The notes beneath the pieces were generated by a model. That model was not told the origin of the DNA, searched no databases, and was given only the letters and a program-made list of their open reading frames with translations. Below are positions 18,711 to 30,186 of a stretch of DNA of 64,000 nucleotides, in pieces (the first letter of the stretch is position 1; the number at the start of each line of letters is the position of its first letter). The position numbers and the translations under genes are program-made. Source of the DNA: a virus (taxonomy: Duplodnaviria > Caudoviricetes); the IMG/VR virus record IMGVR_UViG_3300021400_001148, positions 290,810-354,809 of that record. One strand, given 5' to 3'.

Positions 18711-21700
18711 AGTGAATACCAAGGTCGGGGTTGGCATCAACTCAGCGGCATCGGACAAATATTTGACAATTAACCTTAATGATACTTTTGATACCATTGA
18801 GGTTTTGTCGCTTAAAATACGGCAGGAAAATGTTTATCGTGTGCACAGTTCTCAGTATGGCGTTATTGTGGGTCGAGCCGTCGCAAACGGTGGATTTGGT
18901 GTTCCAAATGTTAAGGTAAGTGTCTTTATCCCGAGAGATGCTGAAACTGCTGACGACCCGGTAAAGAACTTTTTATACCCTTACACTACCTCAACATCAA
19001 AAAATGCCGACAGGGTCAGGTACAATCTTCTTCCGAGTGAAAGTGATGATGACTGTTACCAGACAGTGGGAACATTCCCAACCAAAAGAATGGTCCTCGA
19101 TGACAACAACTATCTTGAAGTTTTCAACAAATACTACAAGTACACAACCAGAACCAATGCCTCCGGGGATTATATGATTTTCGGCGTGCCGGTCGGAAGC
19201 CAAACCATTCACACTGATATGGATTTGTCTGATGTTGGTGTGCTCAGTCAGAAACCAAGAGATTTTACTTATAAAGGTTACAGCCGGACGCAGTTTGAAA
19301 CCCCTAACCAGTTCAAGGCAAGTACAAACCTTGCTGAACTCCCTCAGATAGTTTCGCAGGATGGAGCTGTTTATGTTTATCCGTTCTGGGGAGATACCAA
19401 TGAGAACATTATTGGCATTACTCGTTATGACATAGATATCGATTACAAGTTTGAGCCTACTTGCGTCTTTATGGGTTCCATTGTTTCTGATACTGGTAAC
19501 AATAAACTAAGTAAAAGGTGCGTGCCGTCAGAAAATATGGGCGTAATGGAAGAACTTGTCACGGGACAGGGTACGATTGAAATGATTAGGAAAACCATCA
19601 CCGGCTCCGTGGAAGAGTTCGCAATTCAAGGGAATCAGTTAATAGACGACCACGGCGTGTGGTGCTATCAGATTCCAATGAATTTGGATTATGTAATGAC
19701 AGATGAATATGGTAACCTTGTACCAAGCGATAACCCCGAAAAGGGTATTCCTACGAGGGCGAGGGTTCGTTTCCGTGTGTCGATGAATGACTTGCAAGAA
19801 GATGCATCAAACACATTCCGCGGTAAAGTACTTGTTCCTAATAACCCTAAACTTGAGAATGGAGCTGTAACTCCGGACTATATATTCGGGACCCTCACTG
19901 ACGAATCAAGTTACAGGGACTTGCTTTGGAATAACATTTACACCGTTAAATCTTTCATACCACGTTTTCAGAAGAACAACTCCAACCTGAACAGAAGATT
20001 TTCAGGTATCAAGCAGTGTAACTATTACGGGAGTAATAATCCGATACCATACAATAACATTCGTGTCAGACTGTCTTTCCAGTTTAGGATTGCTTGTCTT
20101 TTGGTTAAAATTCTTTTAAAAATAATAGGGGCATATAATAAAATTGTAAGTTATCTATCAAATATTCTGAGCGGATTTGGCGTTTGGATACTCCCAGAAT
20201 GGGCAAATAAAAGCATTCAAAATGTTGGTAAAAGAATGTCTTGTTTAACCGTGGACGGCTCGCTTTGTAGTACATTGGATGGAGAGTGGGCCTTTGCTCC
20301 TGGTTGTTCAAACTCTTCTAGTGATAACAGCTCATGGGTTTGGAAAAACGCACTCAAAAAATTAGTTGGAAGCGGTGAATATGTTGATGAAAAAAGAGGG
20401 GACGGGGATGATAAAAATTCTATCGATTGGATAAACGCACCCAACCCGACAAGGGTAAACAACTCTTATGATTATATAATGGCCAGGGGTATTGACTATT
20501 TTAAACAGTGTGTTGAAATAAGTCTGGCTGAGGAGTATAAGGTCATTCAGTTTGATTTTTACAACGATTGGTTGAATGGAGCAATATACATACCCAAATG
20601 GGAGCGACACATTTCAAGGAAAAGAACTTTCTTTATTTTTGGCCCCAAGAAGACAAAAATTAGGGCTTGTACAGACGCATATAAAGCAAAACGAGTGAAT
20701 TTAACAGAACAATGTGCAATTTCAGTTAATTTACCTTCGAATGTGGTGTCAACACCTGTTGGCTGTACCAATAAAACCTATGAATGCCATAAGAAATCTG
20801 GCCGCCGGCAGGCTGAAATCTTTGGAAATGGTGCTGCTGTTCATGAAGAATTGACTTCTTCAAAAAAATATGCCTATTATTTTAAACCTTGTGAAGTGTA
20901 CAGGGATTCTAGTGGAGTCAAAAAAATAAACCTTTTTGCTACTGATTTGGTCCTGCTTGGTTCGCTTAATCCATACAATATTTCCGAAACACCTGTTTTT
21001 ATTGATGGTTTGGAAACAACAAGTTATAAACTTCCGTCGCCTTTAGTTTTGACTGACTCGGAAGAGGAGGGCGAGCAATACACATTGAAAGGCGGTGCAA
21101 ATATTTTAACGTACAATGACGCCCCGTTTGCTGCTTATATAACAGATGATGACGCAATGGCGCCGTTCAATAATGGAAAAATAGCCGAAGAATCTGGTAT
21201 AGACTGGGCATTCGCGGGTAATGGGCAGGGAAAAAATCAAATTGCAGCAAATTATACTCCTGGTGGTCATTTTATAGGTATTTCTTGTATGAACGCACAA
21301 ACAACCACCAAGACATGTATAAACCTTAGAAGAATATGTGAGATTGGGGTTTTTCCATCATCATCTTACAAAGTACCAACTTTTTCGGGCGAAACCGAGA
21401 CAGCAGCACAAGTTGTGACAAATGGGTTAATATCAAAAGATGAAATCACTTCTAATGATTTCAGAAAACTCTTTGCTACATTAAATTACAACAGTTTGCA
21501 AGTAGAGTTTGATGAGACTGGGATTGCAAAATATAGTTTTACAGGCCTTTCCCCTGAAAATTTCGGAGGGGAAATGGCTTCTTATACCAGTGAAAATTAT
21601 AACAGTAGTGTCCCTAATGAAGAGGTACAAGGTTTCCTCGAAGATGAAAATGCTAATAGCGAGAGAATAACTTCAGTAATTAGAAGGTCGTCAGAAACAA

Positions 21701-24417
21701 AAGATGATGATTATATAAGATTTAGGTATGGGGCAAATAAATTAACTAGCAGTAATTTTATCTTTAACAACTCATTGCCTATCTTTGAGAATTCATATTA
21801 CTTCTTTTTTGGCCTTCATAACGGTTCCTCAGCCTTAGATTATTTAAGACGCGATTTATTTGCTGAGTGCCCGGTAAAAAGTACGGGCACCAATCTTAAG
21901 GCTTTCCTTTATAGTGGCACTACGGATGTTTTTGAGAGTGGAATTGAACTCGGGTATTTTGATGGGACGGGGGCTACAACTAATTATCTTTATTTTTCTG
22001 TGAACTCTGAAAATTACCCAATTACAATACAATACAGTGGTAATTTAGCCACAATTAATGATAAAACAGAATTAGATTATGATGGAAGGTACCACTATCC
22101 AGCCATCTTAGGTGAAAAAATACCGATTGGTATCAATACATACAGTATAACCGATAGTTTGGGTAAAACCATTATCAAAACAGTTAAAGTGTATGTTAAG
22201 GCACCAGAGGTCTGCTCTTCAGCAACAACAGCAAACTTTGTGAGCCTTGATTGGGTTACAAAGAAAGGGAGCCTCCTCAATGGCGGTTCTCCGACTAGAA
22301 AAAATCTTGGCGGATACATTTATATACCTTGTCAAGGACTTTTTAAACCGGAACCCAGCGGCGAGTGGATTTCAACATCGTCTGCCAGTATAATTCTTGT
22401 AAACGGAACAAGAGTCCTATATACCAGTAGGAGCCTTGATTCTGATTATCTAGGACTGTATTTCCCAAATTTGTCGCAACAACCAGGGCTTACATGCGGA
22501 AACGATTTTATTCCAGTTGATGAAACGGGGGTTTACGATGTCTATGTTGTTATACACAGTGGCAATTTGAAAAGTATTCCTATTCTCATTTATTCTAAAA
22601 TGATTATCGGGGAACCCGAAGGGGCCGTTGATTTTACTATTTTTCGAAGGGCAGTATCTTCACCAGAAGAGGCTGTAAATAGTTATAGACTTTCATATGT
22701 TGAATTTAGTGATAACACTTGGTATAGAAATATTGACGGATTAAGTACTATAACCGAAGAGCAAAAATGGTACCTCAAAAAAGATGTCTTCATTACAAGC
22801 AATGAGGATGCTTTAACAATGCTTTATGTGATTCCGTTTAGTGAAGATAATGTACTACCGAATGTTTACATAAACGACCAAGAAAGAAATTATTTCACTA
22901 AGCAAAACGCCTCCATTAGTGAAAGAAAAGTGGTATTGAAAAATCCTTCCGGTGAGGTGATTTGCCCATTTGGCGGTAATCCTTTCCCTTTTAAGTGTGT
23001 AACTAAGCGTTTTGAATTTGGCAAGACACTTTACTGGGAGGGCTACAATCACCCGGATAGTATATTTACAAGAACCGCAGGCAATTATTTCATTAACGGT
23101 TATTTGACTTATGTTATTAAAAACGGTATAACATATCTAAGTTCTAATGAAAGAACATTCGGTGATGTTACTATTAATGGTGATAATACATATGCGAGCA
23201 ATTCCCTTTTCAAACCCACTCAAACGGATTCAATCAGGTCTACTTTAAGCAATAGTATATCAATAAGTGAACCAATAAGAAGTGGGAGAGCATTTTTTTC
23301 GGTAACAGAGGGCCATCCCGAAACATATGATTACAAATATTCACCAGAAACCATTGAAGCAGATGCATCAATGATAGGTAGTGATGAAAATTGGAGTGCG
23401 TATTTTGAAATATATGTTAAAAGCAGTGGAAATACACAGTTTGGTATAACAATCAATAATGTATTACCGCTTTCGAAAACCGGAGATGATATTTACACCA
23501 ATTCAGGGGAATATGTTGATGGTGCAAACATTAATTTCTATGTTTACCCTACAAGTGGAATAATCTTCACTGAAGTAGACATGATGAAATCCTACAATTA
23601 TAATGCGGCACTAAGTGCTTCCCATAAAATGAGATGGAATGATGAGAGAGAATGCTTAGTATATAATATAGCAGAAATCGTTTTTCCAGATTCTGGGTAT
23701 ACAGTTTATGGAGAATCGCACAATAAAAATGGGATACCTTTTAAAACAAGAAACATTGTCAGAAATAATCTAATACTACCGAAATATGCAATCAATGATA
23801 ATGGTAAAAGGTTTAACCTTTATGATATATATAAAAAATATAAAGATTCGAGCTTTACCAAAAAAAATGAATTTAAAATAACCAGGAATTCAAACTGCAT
23901 AACCAGTATTAAAATCAGCCTTCCATTTTACATTGAAGAATTGGATGCTTTTCAAAATGCTTTATTTAACACTGGGTTGCTAGCATCGGCTGAAAGTGTT
24001 CTTTTTTATTTTATTGATGGGGGTGCGAATTCGAATTACGAGAAAAATACTTATTATTATATTGATTTACGGCAATTTTGTGAGCCCGACTTGAATAGCT
24101 TGGGTGGAAATGAGTATTCGGTGGGTTTTTTAAAACCTGAAGAAATCACATACGACCCATATCCAACTAGGGATATTACAATCACTAATTTTAATAGACC
24201 TGTTGTGAATCCAAATAATCCATATCAAGCAACAAGGGAAGAGTTTGACATGTTTTGTTTAAGAATGAAAGACATTAATAACTTTGAAACAAAAAGTTTG
24301 CACAGTAGATATTTTAAAATTGTAATAACACTTTCAGACATCGGCCGAAACGATGACAGGGGTAACTCGACGGCAGGTTTCAAAATTACTGAATATGTTA
24401 ACGTTTACACCAATTAA
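18685..24417 (+). CDS. large baseplate/tail structural protein
   Basis: 1910 aa in the baseplate operon; carboxypeptidase-regulatory-like N-terminus (GVPNVKVS..TNASGDY). Confidence 0.6.
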   Translation: MSEKNKTYRVNTKVGVGINSAASDKYLTINLNDTFDTIEVLSLKIRQENVYRVHSSQYGVIVGRAVANGGFGVPNVKVSVFIPRDAETADDPVKNFLYPYTTSTSKNADRVRYNLLPSESDDDCYQTVGTFPTKRMVLDDNNYLEVFNKYYKYTTRTNASGDYMIFGVPVGSQTIHTDMDLSDVGVLSQKPRDFTYKGYSRTQFETPNQFKASTNLAELPQIVSQDGAVYVYPFWGDTNENIIGITRYDIDIDYKFEPTCVFMGSIVSDTGNNKLSKRCVPSENMGVMEELVTGQGTIEMIRKTITGSVEEFAIQGNQLIDDHGVWCYQIPMNLDYVMTDEYGNLVPSDNPEKGIPTRARVRFRVSMNDLQEDASNTFRGKVLVPNNPKLENGAVTPDYIFGTLTDESSYRDLLWNNIYTVKSFIPRFQKNNSNLNRRFSGIKQCNYYGSNNPIPYNNIRVRLSFQFRIACLLVKILLKIIGAYNKIVSYLSNILSGFGVWILPEWANKSIQNVGKRMSCLTVDGSLCSTLDGEWAFAPGCSNSSSDNSSWVWKNALKKLVGSGEYVDEKRGDGDDKNSIDWINAPNPTRVNNSYDYIMARGIDYFKQCVEISLAEEYKVIQFDFYNDWLNGAIYIPKWERHISRKRTFFIFGPKKTKIRACTDAYKAKRVNLTEQCAISVNLPSNVVSTPVGCTNKTYECHKKSGRRQAEIFGNGAAVHEELTSSKKYAYYFKPCEVYRDSSGVKKINLFATDLVLLGSLNPYNISETPVFIDGLETTSYKLPSPLVLTDSEEEGEQYTLKGGANILTYNDAPFAAYITDDDAMAPFNNGKIAEESGIDWAFAGNGQGKNQIAANYTPGGHFIGISCMNAQTTTKTCINLRRICEIGVFPSSSYKVPTFSGETETAAQVVTNGLISKDEITSNDFRKLFATLNYNSLQVEFDETGIAKYSFTGLSPENFGGEMASYTSENYNSSVPNEEVQGFLEDENANSERITSVIRRSSETKDDDYIRFRYGANKLTSSNFIFNNSLPIFENSYYFFFGLHNGSSALDYLRRDLFAECPVKSTGTNLKAFLYSGTTDVFESGIELGYFDGTGATTNYLYFSVNSENYPITIQYSGNLATINDKTELDYDGRYHYPAILGEKIPIGINTYSITDSLGKTIIKTVKVYVKAPEVCSSATTANFVSLDWVTKKGSLLNGGSPTRKNLGGYIYIPCQGLFKPEPSGEWISTSSASIILVNGTRVLYTSRSLDSDYLGLYFPNLSQQPGLTCGNDFIPVDETGVYDVYVVIHSGNLKSIPILIYSKMIIGEPEGAVDFTIFRRAVSSPEEAVNSYRLSYVEFSDNTWYRNIDGLSTITEEQKWYLKKDVFITSNEDALTMLYVIPFSEDNVLPNVYINDQERNYFTKQNASISERKVVLKNPSGEVICPFGGNPFPFKCVTKRFEFGKTLYWEGYNHPDSIFTRTAGNYFINGYLTYVIKNGITYLSSNERTFGDVTINGDNTYASNSLFKPTQTDSIRSTLSNSISISEPIRSGRAFFSVTEGHPETYDYKYSPETIEADASMIGSDENWSAYFEIYVKSSGNTQFGITINNVLPLSKTGDDIYTNSGEYVDGANINFYVYPTSGIIFTEVDMMKSYNYNAALSASHKMRWNDERECLVYNIAEIVFPDSGYTVYGESHNKNGIPFKTRNIVRNNLILPKYAINDNGKRFNLYDIYKKYKDSSFTKKNEFKITRNSNCITSIKISLPFYIEELDAFQNALFNTGLLASAESVLFYFIDGGANSNYEKNTYYYIDLRQFCEPDLNSLGGNEYSVGFLKPEEITYDPYPTRDITITNFNRPVVNPNNPYQATREEFDMFCLRMKDINNFETKSLHSRYFKIVITLSDIGRNDDRGNSTAGFKITEYVNVYTN

Positions 24418-24422
24418 AGACA

Positions 24423-27131
24423 ATGGAAACAATATTAAGAAGTAAGTTAGGCATAAATGAGTTAAATGGTGATGTCAATCTCAATTTGGGACTGGGCACT
24501 GCTGTTAAGGAGATTTTGAATACCAACGCAACTGCAGAGGTTGATGTTGATGGTGTTTATCAGGATGAATTGAACTCTTCCAAAAAATATCGTCTGATTT
24601 TCACTATAAACCCCGTGTGTTCAAATGTTCTTTTTAACGCCCTGACAGAGGTTGCTTCTGAGGCTGAAAGTGAACATGCCAGTTTGGTTCCGAATATTGA
24701 CTGGGGTGCTATTTCCGGAAACTGCTACAGTACCGAAAAAGCAACAAGAAAACAGTGTATCAGAGATACTGAGTACAGTCATCCATTGATTGGTGGGTTT
24801 ACTTATTATCCCGGGGCTGACATGTTCAACAACCATATCCTTCGACAAGATGGGTTTGTTTTCATAAACCCCAGACTTGAAAGAGACCCCGAAAAAGAAA
24901 CTCTTTATAAAGTAGATTCAAACAACAACTTTGTTTCTGGTGGAGATATTGATATTTTTAATACGATTAGAGACACCCAGAGGGATATAGATAGAAATGT
25001 ACTTCAAACACCCGCCACTGATACTGACGGGTCTTATAAAACCTCCAAAAAGAGACGGCATGCTTACAACACATCCAACATACTTTCGTTTGATGAGGCT
25101 TACGAAAACAACCTGAAGGAAAACAATGGCTGGTTTGGGTTTTACAATAAATCAATGCTAAACACTTCGTCTGATAGTGAAAAAGCTATAAATAAGGTTA
25201 TTAATTATAGTGATTCGCTCGCAGGTGATTTCATCGACATGTTTCCGGACAGAACAAGGTTTTCGTTCGTACCGCATATGAATGTGAAACAGGGGAACCG
25301 AATGGAGAAGAACTGGGACTACTGTCTTACATATCCGTTTGAGAACGATGAGAAGCACCCCATTGTTTGTGATGAAGAAACTGGAATAAATGGGTTGGAA
25401 TTTGCTTATATCACCGGATATACCACTGATACAGGCAAGAGCCGGATATTATTGCTGTCAACATCGTCAAAGCATAATTTAAAGGAAAATGACACGATAA
25501 GGCTTTACTGCGGTAATGCTTTGGATGAGGTGTTCGAAACAACTGTCAAGGGTTTTGGCGATTTTGAAGGGAATCTGAAAGAATACTATTTTTCAATAGA
25601 TGAAGATGAAAGAATCAGTCAGAGTGGAAGATTCTGTAAAATGGTGTTTAACCAGCCTTGCCGGTATTACTTCAGAAAATTCAAAAAACTGCCTAATTTT
25701 AGTGGGATAGGGAATCATTCGGAAATAACTGATAGTAATACCCAAGACTTTGACAGTGAAATTAGTAAATTGGCATTTGCTTCAACGGTATATGGTGATG
25801 ATACTGTCCAAATTGTCTACACAGATGACATTGATTTGAGTGCGTTATCCGATAACCTTGGCCGTCCGATTACTGACATCTATTTGACGATAGTGAAGAA
25901 CAATGAGGGGCATGATGAGTGGTATAAACTGACTGGTACAACAGCAAACGCTGCGGCTGAAAATGTCAAGTGGTCTAGTTGTTTTGGGAAGGTATCATCT
26001 GGCCTTGACCTGCCTTCCAATGTTGAGGACAATGAGAAGTTTTCTTTTGATTATAATGTAAGGAAACTTCATGGTATAGACAGAAGAACCTCTTTGGGCG
26101 AGATTTTCCTAGACACATACGGTGAAATATGGAAAGACAATAGAGGGCCTCTTCCTGTTGAGGATGATTTATTGATATCAAATGATGTTTTTTATGGAGA
26201 CCTTGTCGAATATTCGCCGCTTCAGGTTAAAGAAACCGTTATCGAAGAAGTTTTCCATAGGTTCAACACACTCCAGAGGGAAGAAATGTCTCTCGTAAAC
26301 GCTGAAGGGTATGATTTTATTTATGACGATATAGTTTCGGACGATGAAGACATTCAATCGGCCATAACTTCGTCTACCAAAGCGGACACTTTCGTTTGTG
26401 TGGAGAGAAAATATAACACATATTATGATAATAGTAGCAGGGTTACGCTGAATGTACCGGCTAATCTTTTTCCCGAGGGATATTTTTATAAGCCCCACTA
26501 CCGCATACATGTGGCTGACTTCAATGATGTAATAGCACAAAGTAGTGACACACAGATGGAGTATAGTGATTTTTTTATTGGTGGGGATTATATTGTTTTT
26601 AAAACTGAAGAGCCAATTGTTGCCGGCAGTGAAGTTATACTTATTGAGAATGCTTCACCATATAGAACTGTATTGAATGCCTCGACAGTAACAAACACTT
26701 TCAACAAAGATGAAGGGAAATATGAAATAAGGTGTAAAATAGCACTGAATGACGGGTATGATGCTGGGAATAAATACAAAATGTTTTTGAAAACAGAGGG
26801 TATACCCAGTTATGCTGAAAGATATCCCGATAATAGTGGAAGGTATTTGTGGAGGGGATTGAAGAATTTTTCAGAGGTTTCCCCGGAGAGTGAAATATAC
26901 GGATTGCCATTCGCTAACGGTGCACATTATATTTATAAAGGACTGAACTTTTTCCTTCGCCGTCAAGACCCGGATGGAAAATATGGGCTTAATGTGACGG
27001 AAGAAAAACTTATTGAAAAGAGTTTAAAAAGCAAAAATAAAATTGCCGGATTAATCCGTAAGAGTCAAACTAGACCTGAGGTTGAAGAGGCGGTTGATTA
27101 TGTTAAAAATACTGTTTTTGATATATGCTAA
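24423..27131 (+). CDS. putative baseplate/tail protein
   Basis: 902 aa, in operon. Confidence 0.55.
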   Translation: METILRSKLGINELNGDVNLNLGLGTAVKEILNTNATAEVDVDGVYQDELNSSKKYRLIFTINPVCSNVLFNALTEVASEAESEHASLVPNIDWGAISGNCYSTEKATRKQCIRDTEYSHPLIGGFTYYPGADMFNNHILRQDGFVFINPRLERDPEKETLYKVDSNNNFVSGGDIDIFNTIRDTQRDIDRNVLQTPATDTDGSYKTSKKRRHAYNTSNILSFDEAYENNLKENNGWFGFYNKSMLNTSSDSEKAINKVINYSDSLAGDFIDMFPDRTRFSFVPHMNVKQGNRMEKNWDYCLTYPFENDEKHPIVCDEETGINGLEFAYITGYTTDTGKSRILLLSTSSKHNLKENDTIRLYCGNALDEVFETTVKGFGDFEGNLKEYYFSIDEDERISQSGRFCKMVFNQPCRYYFRKFKKLPNFSGIGNHSEITDSNTQDFDSEISKLAFASTVYGDDTVQIVYTDDIDLSALSDNLGRPITDIYLTIVKNNEGHDEWYKLTGTTANAAAENVKWSSCFGKVSSGLDLPSNVEDNEKFSFDYNVRKLHGIDRRTSLGEIFLDTYGEIWKDNRGPLPVEDDLLISNDVFYGDLVEYSPLQVKETVIEEVFHRFNTLQREEMSLVNAEGYDFIYDDIVSDDEDIQSAITSSTKADTFVCVERKYNTYYDNSSRVTLNVPANLFPEGYFYKPHYRIHVADFNDVIAQSSDTQMEYSDFFIGGDYIVFKTEEPIVAGSEVILIENASPYRTVLNASTVTNTFNKDEGKYEIRCKIALNDGYDAGNKYKMFLKTEGIPSYAERYPDNSGRYLWRGLKNFSEVSPESEIYGLPFANGAHYIYKGLNFFLRRQDPDGKYGLNVTEEKLIEKSLKSKNKIAGLIRKSQTRPEVEEAVDYVKNTVFDIC

Positions 27132-28327
27132 GATACAAAGTAAGAAAGGGAAATGAGATAGGTGGAACGGTCAATTTGGAAGTGCCGCTTTCCACTGCTT
27201 TTGGCCTGGTTCCAAACAGGAACAGTATTATTAATGAAAAGTTTTTTGAAAGAGCCAAAGAAACCTTGATTCCGGAAATACGGGACATGGAGAAAGTGGT
27301 TCTTTATCCCGCCGTATGTAAAAAATCAGATGACGGGACATTAAAATTCGATTTGGCGGATGAAATAAATATAAACTTTCATTTTAGGAACAGAATCATT
27401 GACGAGAACAAGTGGATGATTTCCACTGGTTGGGCGGCAATTGAAGGTAAGGGTTGGAATGAGAAATACTTCCATGACGCCGACGATGCTACACACGGAA
27501 ACTATAATACTGGAAGTACGGAGTACGACGCTTCTTCGGATTTAATCGGTTTTCTCGGTTTTGATGATGATGATATCAAATATCAAAAAAGCAAGGTTAA
27601 GCAGTCTTTTTTGCGGCTTCTTTATTACAGTAGTAATGATATCATCAATAAGTCACTTATAACGTATACAACCTCATTTCTTGATAGTAATAAACTCTTC
27701 TCAAAATATACATCTTTGAGAAACAACAGTGACTTCCTGAACTACTATAACGGTTCTAATGCTCTGACGGATGATAACGCACCAAAGAATGTGTTCTCTT
27801 GTTTCGAGCCCGCCGCGGTAGACGAGAAATACAAAGGCCTAAGACTTTCAAGCCAGATACTTCTGAAGTCTAAAATGTTTTCGGATGCATCCAGTGACGG
27901 TTTTTATATGTATCTTTTTAAAGAAGACGCTCCGTCAAAAGTCCCGAAAAGATTATATCTTAAAGGTGAGTTTAATAATGCTGGGTATGGCAAAACAGTC
28001 TCTTTAACTATACCTCACACTGTTAATGACGATGAAACAATAAGTGTAATACAATATTCATCACCAGATTTCCCTACAACATATACCAAAGATTATACAT
28101 TACACACTGATGGTGGGGAGGAGATAACATCGGAAAGCGGAAAGACATTTGACTATGAAAAGTACAATAACAATACCTTCCTTCCGGTTGATTGTGTTTA
28201 TGATGAGAACCTAAGGAAATATATTTATTATTTTCCGTGGGATTTAGAAGGCGGGAACGGAACAGCAACAAATGACTTTAAGAATAAAAAAATAACCCTT
28301 AACTTCTGGGAACCGAAATTAGTTTAG
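27125..28327 (+). CDS. putative baseplate/tail protein
   Basis: 400 aa, overlapping operon. Confidence 0.55.
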   Translation: MLRYKVRKGNEIGGTVNLEVPLSTAFGLVPNRNSIINEKFFERAKETLIPEIRDMEKVVLYPAVCKKSDDGTLKFDLADEININFHFRNRIIDENKWMISTGWAAIEGKGWNEKYFHDADDATHGNYNTGSTEYDASSDLIGFLGFDDDDIKYQKSKVKQSFLRLLYYSSNDIINKSLITYTTSFLDSNKLFSKYTSLRNNSDFLNYYNGSNALTDDNAPKNVFSCFEPAAVDEKYKGLRLSSQILLKSKMFSDASSDGFYMYLFKEDAPSKVPKRLYLKGEFNNAGYGKTVSLTIPHTVNDDETISVIQYSSPDFPTTYTKDYTLHTDGGEEITSESGKTFDYEKYNNNTFLPVDCVYDENLRKYIYYFPWDLEGGNGTATNDFKNKKITLNFWEPKLV

Positions 28328-28329
28328 AA

Positions 28330-30156
28330 ATGGAGTTTGTAAAAAAAACCATATCCTTGGAACCATACACTAGCAGAGTGTATGGGGGAATACCGTTTGT
28401 TGGTTACAACGCTGAGGATAAGCCAAAATCGAACTGGGGTAAAATTGTAAAGGGGATTGACTTCACGAAGTTTTCAGATAGTGATAAAGCAAAATACGGA
28501 AACAACATATCGTTGTGGGGAAAGATGGGCTATAGGGAGTTAATGAATACCTATTACCAACTGAAAAACAGAACAAATGATGAACTCGTAGCAATTGAGA
28601 GTACGACGGCTTCCCGTCTGGAAGAGAGTAAAAATCAATCACTCATCAAGTTTGTTGAAGAAAACAAGTTTTCCGTGGGAAACGAAATTGGGTTTGTTAA
28701 GTGCGGTTGCCCTGTACGGAGAAAGGAGGAGGATTATTCAATAGAGTTTCTGGACGATGATGAAAGGTTCTTTATTCCAACGGCAAACATTTCAATACTT
28801 CTGACAGGAAACAGCAAACTAATAGGCTCATACACTTTTCTCGGTCAAGAGTGGGTTCCCGGAAAGAGATATTATATAGGTGATACAGTTCTTTACGATG
28901 AACAAACATATGTTCTGGATTCGGGGGCTTTTAAGGAGAAAACATACTGTCAGAACATTCTTTCAGATGCTTCTGATGAAACGAAATCGCTTTACAGGCC
29001 CGGCACTGAGGTTCTATATTATGTTTTAACCCAAGACGAACTCAACGCCGGAACACCGGAAGGTGAAGAAGTCAACTTCAACATACTTGACAACGCATTT
29101 TTTGTTTTGGATAGTGTTGATGACATTATACGTGGCGGATATACCTATGCAAAAGTTGAAGAGAAATTTTATATAAAGCCTTATTTTTCAGGGTTTCTTG
29201 ATGAGACCACACTGCAGATTTATTTTGATGAACTTGTAAACGGGGAGTTTGATGTAAAAGAAGATGGAAGTACAACACATTGGCGACTCAGAAACACACC
29301 TTATGAAATGTCGTTCTTGAAAAATGTATCGGCAACCGAAGGCGTTGAAATACACGGTGATGGGGTTGATACTAGTTATGTATCGACAAGTGTTACGGAT
29401 GTTACTGGCGAGTCAAAACTTGATGAATTCGTAAGACGTTCAAAGACTATTGATGATAACCGCAACCAACTTCCCGGAAAATTAATTTCCAGCAGTGTTT
29501 CTGCGTTAGCGCCGATTTACTCGATAGGTCTAGTGAGAAACATTTCTTCTGGTGAGGAAAATATTTTTACCGGCGACTATCTTGAATCGATAGCAATTGA
29601 TGGACAACTGTTTAGCAGCGATATCGCACTGGTTGAGGCAATCGACACTATGTCTGAAGGTGATGATGGCACAATATCGTTTACATATTATATAGGATGC
29701 AATCTCACCAAGGAAAACGATATATTTGTTCCATCTACCGCGGGGTCTGTGAAACATGTAGATACATTTAACTATATTGTTCATCAGGAGACATATGTGA
29801 TAGGGGGTGAAGACCGCCTCATTAAATACTTGACAATTAACTACGAAAGTGGAAGCCAGAATGTGGTTCTTGAAAACCTTGATAATCTTGAATATTCAAC
29901 TAAATTGTCAGAGATAGAATATATAACCACAAGCACAATGGATGGCGTGTTTAATAAATCTCCGAATTTTGTCAATACACCATATTTTATGGAAGATTAT
30001 AAACTTGGTCTGGTGCATGTGGATAACAATTTCGGTGATTTTGTGATAGACCGGGGAAATGCAGCGGCCTTTGAACGACACCTTAGGCTGAGTGAAGTAA
30101 GGACGGTGCAAGATTTGGAACAGTACGGCAACGGCTTTTTTGAGGTCAAGAATTAG
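28330..30156 (+). CDS. putative baseplate/tail protein
   Basis: 608 aa, in operon. Confidence 0.55.
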   Translation: MEFVKKTISLEPYTSRVYGGIPFVGYNAEDKPKSNWGKIVKGIDFTKFSDSDKAKYGNNISLWGKMGYRELMNTYYQLKNRTNDELVAIESTTASRLEESKNQSLIKFVEENKFSVGNEIGFVKCGCPVRRKEEDYSIEFLDDDERFFIPTANISILLTGNSKLIGSYTFLGQEWVPGKRYYIGDTVLYDEQTYVLDSGAFKEKTYCQNILSDASDETKSLYRPGTEVLYYVLTQDELNAGTPEGEEVNFNILDNAFFVLDSVDDIIRGGYTYAKVEEKFYIKPYFSGFLDETTLQIYFDELVNGEFDVKEDGSTTHWRLRNTPYEMSFLKNVSATEGVEIHGDGVDTSYVSTSVTDVTGESKLDEFVRRSKTIDDNRNQLPGKLISSSVSALAPIYSIGLVRNISSGEENIFTGDYLESIAIDGQLFSSDIALVEAIDTMSEGDDGTISFTYYIGCNLTKENDIFVPSTAGSVKHVDTFNYIVHQETYVIGGEDRLIKYLTINYESGSQNVVLENLDNLEYSTKLSEIEYITTSTMDGVFNKSPNFVNTPYFMEDYKLGLVHVDNNFGDFVIDRGNAAAFERHLRLSEVRTVQDLEQYGNGFFEVKN

Positions 30157-30186
30157 AAGATAACTATTTATAAGAAATTAGCTAAA